Below are positions 14,143 to 22,133 of a DNA stretch of 64,000 nt, piece after piece. Within the stretch, counting starts at the first letter, position 1. The number at the start of each line of letters is the position of its first letter. The translations under genes were made by a program, and so were the position numbers. Source of the DNA: Eukaryota sp. TZLM1-RC (taxonomy: Eukaryota; Protista; Metamonada: BaSk clade); the NCBI GenBank assembly GCA_040285825.1, contig JAUPSS010000001.1, positions 682,001-746,000 of the forward strand. Direction: 5' to 3'. The notes under the pieces were generated by a model, which saw only the letters and a program-made list of their open reading frames with translations, did not search any database and was not told the DNA's origin.

Positions 14143-14526
14143 CTACGAAAAAAATTTATTAACTACATCCTTAGAATGATGTTCCACTGCATGCTGAATT
14201 AATTCAGACTCAGGGATTGGGACAAAAGCATCACACAAATTACATCGTTTAACTCGTGACGGACACTGTCTGTAATGGGCAGCATACTCACTTCTAGTGG
14301 TGGCATAGTCACACATACAGCAAGTAACTGAAAGATTTCCTATGATTCGTCTAATTGGGAGACATGGGTTGAGTTTAAAGGCAGAACTACGGCACGAAGC
14401 ACAGGAATCTACCTTTGCACATTCGTTGCAAAAAAGTGTATTACAACAAGAAATTTCAACAGCATCGTGCAAGACTTCCATACAAATTGAGCATTCAAAG
14501 TGAGTTGTATCATTTGAACTGAACAT
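14143..14526 (-). CDS. Small RING-finger + TRAF-type zinc-finger protein (putative E3 ligase)
   Basis: CSICMEVLHDAVEISCCNTLFCNEC...CASC RING, then CCMC...H...C and CNLC...H...HH. Confidence 0.75.
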   Translation of the reverse strand: MFSSNDTTHFECSICMEVLHDAVEISCCNTLFCNECAKVDSCASCRSSAFKLNPCLPIRRIIGNLSVTCCMCDYATTRSEYAAHYRQCPSRVKRCNLCDAFVPIPESELIQHAVEHHSKDVVNKFFS

Positions 14527-14819
14527 ACAATTTCGTAATGATTCAATAGGTACGGAAAGGTCAAGGAACTTTGCTTCATGATTTGGACCAAAAGCAATAA
14601 TAGTTAAAGACTATTATCGGTATTATAAGGTTCAGGTAATAAACCTAGCTCGTGGGTTACTAGCAGAATTTAGGTTCAAATTCATTAAAATAATGTGGAC
14701 ATAATGGGTGTAATTTTTTTTTTGCAAAACCACAACCAATCCGTTTTGCAATTTTTAACCTCGCTTTTTAACCCTTTGTTGAGTTTTGTGAGCTTACTAG
14801 CCTATCTTGAAATAAAATC

Positions 14820-15060
14820 TTCTTAAAAATAATTAATGCTTTGAACCATTACCAAACAAACCATTAAACGAGTGCCACAACACCACGTGAAACTCTGATA
14901 TATCCACATGAATAAGTAGTTTAAGTTTGTTTGGTGAACCTTTTTGCAGCAAAACTGCAAAATAAACAGAGAAAAATCGTTCGGAATTTCATGAAATGAT
15001 TGGGGCAAACATTTAATATATATTTGTGTCGGCAAGTTACCGAATTCAGAAAATAGCTAA
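14820..15060 (-). mobile_element. Degenerate family B-like retrotransposon fragment
   Basis: PTQIYIKCLPQSFHEIPNDFSLFILQFCCKK versus family B PPQIWTKCFPQSIQEIPNRSLFNLQFCCKK. Confidence 0.7.
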
Positions 15061-15110
15061 TTCAAAAATCTTCAGTATTATTTTAAAAGGTGCCGAAATT
15101 TTCCATCTTT

Positions 15111-15268
15111 ATTTATTTATTTTCTACGAGGAATCAAATAAAAACAAAACAAACTAAAACACATAAGAAACTAAATTCTCCACGCCAACTCTTGATGAAT
15201 CCTTATAAAGTTTGGACATCATTAAACTCAAGTACTTGGGAACATTTCTGTACGAAGCGAAAATGAAA
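15111..15268 (-). mobile_element. Family A 3'-terminal fragment
   Basis: YRNVPKYLSLMMSKLYKDSSRVGVENLVSYVF* plus 3' UTR, as at 24255-24400. Confidence 0.85.
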
Positions 15269-15452
15269 GTTCGGGGAGGAGCTGTGGAAAGGCGTGATTG
15301 GCCAAAGATTTGCTTGGAGGGAAGTCTTGGATTGTAATACACGGGTCCAGGTGTATGAAGTCTTTGCTTAAAGTGTCATTTTCATTATGGGGATTCTCAT
15401 GTAGCACGATATGTCCAAAATTGAGTAATAAATGGTGGTCTAGATGGGGCAC
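15269..15452 (-). pseudogene. Remnant of a possible SHIPPO/PG-rich repeat (ODF3-like) gene; longer copy at ~30020-30358
   Basis: One frame reads TPGPVYYNP...STAPPRT, and in the longer copy continues to APAVGSYNP, resembling PGP-x-x-Y repeats. Confidence 0.35.
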
Positions 15453-15575
15453 GTATAGAATGTAACAAATATATGAAATATGTTGTGTGAAATGGCACCT
15501 ATGACCAATGGGAAATAGAAATTAGCATGAAGGAATGTTCATTAGCAATTTTGGTAATTATCATATTTTCTCACA

Positions 15576-17822
15576 ATGCTCTCGTGTCCACATTGTTCAA
15601 TGGATTTCAACGAAGAGTCTCGTGTGCCACTGGTAGTTTGCAGTCAGCGCCATAGTGTATGCGGTGTATGTTCTGATGCTGTGGAATCCTGTCCGATCTG
15701 CAATGAAGATATCCTGCCGTCACCGGAAGTCAACCTCAGTTTGCGCGATATAGCCAAAGCTTCTTGCAAGGAGGACCTCTGTGTACACATTCCCTCTAAC
15801 CAGGTCAGACTTTTGCACATGATTGGACAAGGAGGATATGCACAGGTGTTTGCCGCTTCTTGGTTTGGATCAGACGTCGCCGCCAAGACTGTTGCTCTCA
15901 CAGAAGAAGGTAAGAAACGACTGAGGAAAGAGATTGGTATTATGGCCAAGATTGATCATCCCTTTATCCTTCGCGTTTTTGGTCTGGTCAGCTTAATGGA
16001 CAGACTCGCCATAATTATGGAACTTGCTGAAGGTTCTCTGTCAGTGCCGTCAAGATTGACTAAACAAAGTCTCTTGTTTGCCAAGAAGATCTGCCAGGCA
16101 GTCCGTTTTCTGCACTCCAAATCACTTGCGCATGGAGATCTCAAGCCCGAAAACATTCTTTTTGTCAATGGGCAAATCAAATTAGCCGATTTTGGAACAT
16201 CCAGGACTGTTGCCAAGACTTCCACGGCCACGAATCTATCATGTACAGCACGGTATGCAGCCTTGGAACAGTTTGAGAACAAATTATCTCTTGCCTCAGA
16301 CATCTATGCGATTGGAATCATCCTTTGTGAGTTACTTTGTAATTATAGGCCATTTGTCAATATGGATCAGCTTGCCATAATGGGAGCTAAGTATTTCAAG
16401 ACACCATTTGCTTTGGGTGAACACGTTCCCAGTGTGCTCAAAGAATTAATCGCCCAATGTTGCTCTTCAGATCCAGCTGCCAGACCAAGTATTGCTCAAG
16501 TTCTTCTAGTTTTGGATCAATTGGATGACTTTGCTGAAGAAGGTGATGAAAATCCTGTTAGTATTAACAATGATGTTCAAACGCAACTGCAATCTGCAAA
16601 CTCCACAATCGAGTCTCTACGAAAGAATGTTGCTGATTTGGAGGCTTCCAATCAACAACTCACCAACGATTTGACAGAACGGGATTCCAGAATTGCCCGG
16701 TTGGAAGAAGAAAGGGCCGGTATCAATGCCTCCAATCAACACCTCAGTCACTCTTTGGAAGAACGTGATGCTAGAATTGCCACCATGGAAGAAGCTTTAA
16801 ATGCCAGCAAGGCCGTTATTGCCGAGAAAGATACAGAAAATGCCAACCTTAGATCTACCATTGATGAATTGGAAAAGCAAAATACTCTACTCAGTAGAAC
16901 TAATTCTGATTTAGCAAGCAAAATTGCTGACCTTGAAGCGTTGTTGAGAGAGTGCCATTGTAATCAATCTTTGAACAATATCGATGATCATCATCCTCCA
17001 TCTAAGGAAGAAATTTTGGAAGACATCAAGTCGAATGTAAATTGGAATGGATTGGGGGATAAGGTGAAGAAGAGTGTTGAGGGTTTGGTTGATGGTTCCA
17101 TCACTGAATTGGATCTTCGGGGCAACAACATTACCTCTGAAGACGCTAGTGCTCTCGCCCGTGCTCTGGAGAGCAATTCCACTCTGACTAAATTGGAACT
17201 TGGGAACAACAACATCACCTCTGAAGGCGCTAGTGCTCTCGCCCGTGCTCTGGAGAGTAATTCCACTCTGACTAAATTGGATCTTTGGGGCAACAACATT
17301 ACCGCTGAAGGCGCTAGTGCTCTCGCCCGTGCTCTGGAGAGCAATTCCACTCTGACTAAATTGGATCTTCAGAACAACAACATTACCTCTGAAGGCGCTA
17401 GTGCTCTCGCCCGTGCTCTGGAGAGCAATTCCACTCTGACTACATTGGATCTTAGCTCCAACACCATTACCTCTGAAGGCGCTAGTGCTCTCGCCCGTGC
17501 TCTGGAGAGCAATTCCACTCTGACTAAATTGGATCTTGAGTCCAACTACATTACCTCTGAAGGCGCTTGTGCTCTCGCCCGTGCTCTGGAGAGCAATTCC
17601 ACTCTGACTGGATTGGATCTTCGGTTCAACAACATTACCGATGAAGGCGCTAGTGCTCTCGCCCGTGCTCTGGAGAGCAATTCCTTTTTCACTTTTTTTC
17701 AGAAAAAGCGCAATTCCACTCTGACTACATTGGATCTTATGTGGAACAACATTAGCAATCCAACCCAATCCAAACTTCGACAAATAGCATCTAATCGTTC
17801 TTCTCCCCGAATTTTCGTTTAA
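15576..17822 (+). CDS. RING - protein kinase (TKL-like) - coiled coil - RI-type LRR protein (8 LRRs)
   Basis: N-terminal CPHC..CSQRHSVCGVC..CPIC; kinase motifs GQGGYAQV, VAAK, HGDLKPEN, DFG; heptad coiled coil; 28-aa repeats LTxLxLxxNxITSEGASALARALESNST. Intact 748-aa ORF. Confidence 0.9.
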   Translation: MLSCPHCSMDFNEESRVPLVVCSQRHSVCGVCSDAVESCPICNEDILPSPEVNLSLRDIAKASCKEDLCVHIPSNQVRLLHMIGQGGYAQVFAASWFGSDVAAKTVALTEEGKKRLRKEIGIMAKIDHPFILRVFGLVSLMDRLAIIMELAEGSLSVPSRLTKQSLLFAKKICQAVRFLHSKSLAHGDLKPENILFVNGQIKLADFGTSRTVAKTSTATNLSCTARYAALEQFENKLSLASDIYAIGIILCELLCNYRPFVNMDQLAIMGAKYFKTPFALGEHVPSVLKELIAQCCSSDPAARPSIAQVLLVLDQLDDFAEEGDENPVSINNDVQTQLQSANSTIESLRKNVADLEASNQQLTNDLTERDSRIARLEEERAGINASNQHLSHSLEERDARIATMEEALNASKAVIAEKDTENANLRSTIDELEKQNTLLSRTNSDLASKIADLEALLRECHCNQSLNNIDDHHPPSKEEILEDIKSNVNWNGLGDKVKKSVEGLVDGSITELDLRGNNITSEDASALARALESNSTLTKLELGNNNITSEGASALARALESNSTLTKLDLWGNNITAEGASALARALESNSTLTKLDLQNNNITSEGASALARALESNSTLTTLDLSSNTITSEGASALARALESNSTLTKLDLESNYITSEGACALARALESNSTLTGLDLRFNNITDEGASALARALESNSFFTFFQKKRNSTLTTLDLMWNNISNPTQSKLRQIASNRSSPRIFV
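17103..17753 (+). repeat. 84-bp tandem LRR-coding array (8 units, last partial)
   Basis: Direct 84-nt periodicity with one 33-nt in-frame insertion. Confidence 0.95.
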
Positions 17823-17932
17823 TAAACACATTTCAATTACTTTTTTCATCAACACAAAACCAACTAAAAAATTCTCCAACACCAATACAAATCAAAACCC
17901 AATACAAACTAGAAACAAAAACAACATCATTT

Positions 17933-18200
17933 GCCAACATCGTAGTCCAGTGGGTTTGCTCTTCGTTCTCTGCTTTGGCAACAGGGTTCGAATCCTATCA
18001 GCTGCACTTCTGGCAAAAGGGGACCCCAAAGTGGGAGCCAGCATTTCCTTTCCCACTTTCCGGGTCTGACTGCATGGTGCTTGATCAATGAGGGTGATTC
18101 TGAAGATTGGGCATTTTAGGTTTTTGTGGATCTTGATTTTGCATGTTATTCGCAAAAATTTCCTTTTGTGAGAAATTGTTGCTGTAATTTTTTAACAAAT
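17933..18200 (+). mobile_element. tRNA-headed SINE-like or Pol III element
   Basis: A-box TAGTCCAGTGG (17943-17953) and B-box GGTTCGAATCC (17985-17995) at tRNA spacing, no foldable cloverleaf, then a structured GC-richer body. Confidence 0.55.
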
Positions 18201-18209
18201 ATATATTTA

Positions 18210-18605
18210 TTTTCTGCGAATAATCAAGTCAAATCAAAAGAAACTAAAGCACATAAGAAACAAAATTATTTGGGAACACTTCTGTACAAGGCGAAAATGA
18301 TACGATTCTTCCATAAATTCCCTGCAAAATTCTCACCACTTGAACGACATAAATTATCAAAATCATTGAGAAAATTCAAGGCAGACTGTCCAATGTTGCC
18401 AAAAATCGAGAAGCAAAAAGGAACAAATGAAAACTTGGAGTAAAGGTTATTATTTAAATCATTTAATATTTCAGTATATTTATCTCTCTTACGATCTTCA
18501 GCCTTGTTTAAATGGCCATTAGTACTAAGTAAAACATCATCGCGATAACACAAAGCAAAGGGATCAACTGTAGTGAAATCAACAACAACTTGAGAGGAAT
18601 CCACA
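18210..18605 (-). mobile_element. Family A 5'-truncated RLE/3' fragment
   Basis: VVVDFTTVDP...KRDKY...FSFVPF...WKNRIIFALYRSVPK. Confidence 0.85.
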
Positions 18606-18619
18606 AAATTTCCATCTTT

Positions 18620-18960
18620 TATGCCTAACTTTTAATCCAATAAAGAATAAAACAATCAAATACACAACTAAAACTCCATATCCTCAACGTGTGCCTCCTC
18701 TACCACAAAACAATCAATTACTAAAGATTCAGAATATTTCCCAAAAAAAATGCAGAATGAATCAGAAATTAATTCAGCATTCCCTTAAAAATAAATTATA
18801 CAATCCGGTTTTGCCAGTCAACACACTTGAAAATTCTTCCAGTTCTTTCCTTTTCAACTACATCAAAATTCTTGATGGAGACCATTGCAGCCTTATCCAA
18901 AGACCCAAGCAAGGAAGAAACAAATGAACATAAAATGTATTGGGCATGTGAATATTCATT
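18620..18960 (-). mobile_element. Degenerate 3' end of a further CRE-like element
   Basis: FVSSLLGSLDKAA...VEKERTGRIF...WQNRIV resembles the family B C-terminus (FVFSLFGSL...KRRTGRNF...WQNRIV). Confidence 0.6.
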
Positions 18961-19026
18961 GACAAAAGAAGTATGTTTCACGCATTAAAAAATTTTGTAT
19001 TTTTCGCCAGCAAGAAGAAAACTATT

Positions 19027-19532
19027 TGATGCCGTTAGGCAGATGAACACACAAAACAAAGAGAGAATTCTGAGTTTATAAAATTAATTCATAAACCAAT
19101 ATCACGAAGAAATCTACTAAATCAATTTAAGTTAAACAACAACACTTTTTTCCGTTTTTTTTGAGGACATTGAGCAATACATGAACACGGCAGAAAAAGA
19201 AGTTGTCCAATTTTTCCGGTAATTTTTTGACGTCATTACACACAGTTCAAATGTACATTTGTTGGTATAAGTCGAGAAGTCGAGATGAACAGAATGACAT
19301 AACATATATTATTGACATTATTAGTCTCAATAAACTAGAAGGAACCATCACATTCGCTAGTCAAAAACAGCTAACCTGCATTCCAGGCTACACCGTCGGT
19401 TGTTGTTGAATTATAATTGATTTAGTAGGGTTCTTTGTATTTCGACTGATCACGTTATACTCGATTATGAATCAGTTATTAATCAACTTAGTTTTCTCTC
19501 TCCTTCGTGTGTTCATCTGCATAACGGCATCA
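19027..19532. mobile_element. Non-autonomous element with ~120-bp imperfect terminal inverted repeats
   Basis: tgatgccgttaggcagatgaacacac... at the left is the reverse complement of ...gtgtgttcatctgcataacggcatca at the right. Similarity extends to ctactaaatcaatt. No TSD seen. Confidence 0.65.
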
Positions 19533-19772
19533 CCTTTTCATAGACAACGCAAAACTGAGTCAAAGTATATGGTTTAATTACCTTACGTGTTTTAAAGACG
19601 TTCACAGATGTTTGGTCATCAAACATCTGTATATTTTTCAAATTTATCTCAACTAATATCACCCAAATAAAACACCTGCAACCTCAAAAGATTTCGGAAT
19701 AACAGAATGTGAATTTATGCATTTCCAATCAGCTCAATCAAAAAATGCCACCTCAAATATGAATTACATTAT

Positions 19773-20093
19773 ATGAAACAAAAATCTTGGTTGTCGATAA
19801 AGACAGTGAAAAATCAACAGAACAAGAACTCACAGATGACTTGCTCTCAATCATTTATATCTTCAATTGCAGACAAATGGGTAGACGAAGGTATAAAAGC
19901 ACAAAAGGTGAGAATTTATCCATCGAGGTTACAGAAGAAAATTCTTCGTAAAATGACCCATAAAGGAGAATTCCATTTTGCATCCCGCTCATCATATCAC
20001 AAACAAGACATTACCCCATTGGTTGCCCTAACTTTTGAGAGACAAACAAAGGCATTGGGTAGAGCATATTTGGAAGATGAAACTTATTCATAA
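19773..20093 (+). pseudogene. Fanzor2 / IS607-type TnpB N-terminal remnant
   Basis: KSWLSIK...NKNSQMTCSQSF...GIKAQKVRIYPSRLQKKILRK resembles the Fanzor2 N-terminus and the TnpB HTH motif (KxRxYPxxxQK). RuvC is absent. Confidence 0.55.
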
Positions 20094-20429
20094 GTGTTTA
20101 TTTCATTAATAAATTGAATTTCTATAATTGAACATCATACAATGCTTCACTGAACTTGAATTATGTCTTTACACCCAATATCACCATTATAAATACAACT
20201 GTCTAATATCAATTTTTCCTGTCAAAGTAGTTATACCAACATCCACACAGCAGAGATAACTCTGTGATGGCGATTTGATCAATTCCTAGAGTATGTGTAC
20301 CTCAAAATATCAAAACCCATTAGAATGGTTTATGCCATTATCCTATATATATTAATGCGAGTGTGAGTGGGTGTTATATTCAATTAGTCTTTTCATAAAA
20401 TAAATAACAGTGGTTTGATTGAATTCCTC

Positions 20430-21164
20430 ATGAAACTAACTGTTATAGGCCACTGGGCAGGATATCCTAAAGCTAATGACGCTACCTCTGGTTATTTGCT
20501 CCAGCACGATGGTTTCAATGTTCTTATTGATTGTGGTAGTGGTGTATTGTCCAACATGTTGCACTTCGTTTCTTACACCGAACTGCATGCAGTTGTCATC
20601 TCCCACTACCACCATGATCATATTGCTGACGTAGGTCCACTACAATACGCTAGGCTAGTGGAAACACAGCTAGGCAAGGTGAATTCTCCACTCAAAGTAT
20701 ATGGCCCATCGTATGATCAGGATACACTGTCAAAGTTAAAGAAACCTCCATTTGTTGACACTGTTCCATATGACCCGCAAAGCCGAAAAACAATAGGTCC
20801 GTTTGAGTTGGAATTTCATGAAAATATCCACTCAATTAAATCATTTGCCATTAAGGCTACTTGTGGATCCAAATCAGTAGCTTATTCAGGAGACACTGCC
20901 TATCATGAGACATTGGCAGAGTTTGTTAGTGATGTAGATTTGTTCATTTGCGAGGCGAGCTTCTATCCTTGGCAAGATGCAGTGCCTTATGGACACTTAA
21001 CAAGTACAGAAGCAGCGAGAATTGCTCAAAAAGCGTCAGTAAATCATCTTTTACTTACACATTTACCTCACTTCGGAAATGTAAACGAGTTGCTTGAGGA
21101 TGCTAAGAAACATTTCGAACAGAGAACGAGTCTGGCATTCAAAGGGTGGTGTTGTGAGATATAG
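20430..21164 (+). CDS. Metallo-beta-lactamase-fold hydrolase, YhfI/RNase Z-like, bacterial type
   Basis: MKLTVIGHWAGYP..ATSGYLL..LIDCGSG, SHYHHDH, YSGDT, GHLT, LLLTH; intact ORF. Confidence 0.85.
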   Translation: MKLTVIGHWAGYPKANDATSGYLLQHDGFNVLIDCGSGVLSNMLHFVSYTELHAVVISHYHHDHIADVGPLQYARLVETQLGKVNSPLKVYGPSYDQDTLSKLKKPPFVDTVPYDPQSRKTIGPFELEFHENIHSIKSFAIKATCGSKSVAYSGDTAYHETLAEFVSDVDLFICEASFYPWQDAVPYGHLTSTEAARIAQKASVNHLLLTHLPHFGNVNELLEDAKKHFEQRTSLAFKGWCCEI

Positions 21165-21364
21165 TTGTTTTTGTGGTTTGATTCCATTGTGGTTTGATTC
21201 CATTGGAATGTGGAAGTGTAAAGAAAATGGTGTGTTAAAGTAACTACAAGTGATTCAATCAATCAAGATGATTCAATCAATCAACATTTTGACACCATAA
21301 ATTCAATAGACTTGATGACTAGACACTAGCATTAGTAGAGAAAAATTCGTTAATGAAACTTTAT

Positions 21365-22133
21365 TTATAAGTCAAGTTTGAGACAACTTTTGACAAATTT
21401 CTTCAAAAAAGATTTCTTGACAAATTCAGGATCTTGGTTGACATTCCAATGCCCGTACTTTCTATAACAAGAAGGGTCGTTTTTCCTATCACACTTGTCG
21501 CCAAACTTGCACTTATAAGGAATCACTGGTATAGGTTCATGGGAAAAAGTGAAGCGGTGAAGAGGATCCTTAAGACTTTCGCAACTTACCCCATGTTCAC
21601 ATACTTCCAGCTCAACGTGGTCAAATAGTCTGCAGTGTTCCTCGTTTTCCACATCTTTACAAAATCCTGAATATCGACAAATATGTTTAAACCCCCTTAA
21701 ATGCTTCGCTCCCTCGGAGGTCTTTCCCATATGATCCACATAGTAATACTCGCAGGTATAAGGATTAGGACATTGAGGTAGTCCTGAGTTTATATTAGCA
21801 ACATTTTTAGTAATAGAGGAAGATCTTGGTTTTTGAAACGATTTTGTGGATGTAAAATGTTGAAAAAATGTTCGATGGGATAGTGAAGCCAACTGGTTAC
21901 AATTTTTAAAGGTACAACGTGGAACATGGTGAAATTTTGAAATATGATCTCTTTCATCAACACGTTGGCAGGGAAAGAGCAAATCATGACATGGAAGCAT
22001 AAAATTTCGAGAATTTTGAATTAAATCGTATTTAATTAAATCTTGGCATTGTGCTAGACAATCCCCAAATCCACTAAATATAATTGAATCAAAAAACTTG
22101 TGGAAAATGGAAAGTACAAATGATAAAATAGTC
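21365..22133 (-). pseudogene. C-terminal PBZ zinc-finger fragment of the PARG gene
   Basis: Matches 36367-37133; no 5' portion present. Confidence 0.8.

Noticed and set aside
17103-17753. CRISPR-like pattern (constant repeat + variable spacer)
   Set aside because: The units are in-frame LRR codons inside a eukaryotic gene, the variable parts are homologous to each other, and there are no cas genes.
17933-18006. Functional tRNA gene
   Set aside because: A and B boxes are present, but the acceptor, D and anticodon stems do not pair.
18009-18125. HDV-like or hammerhead ribozyme, SRP RNA or snoRNA
   Set aside because: Could not fit P3/L3/P1.1 or a CUGANGA-stem-GAAA core by eye. No SRP helix-8 motif or convincing C/D pair.
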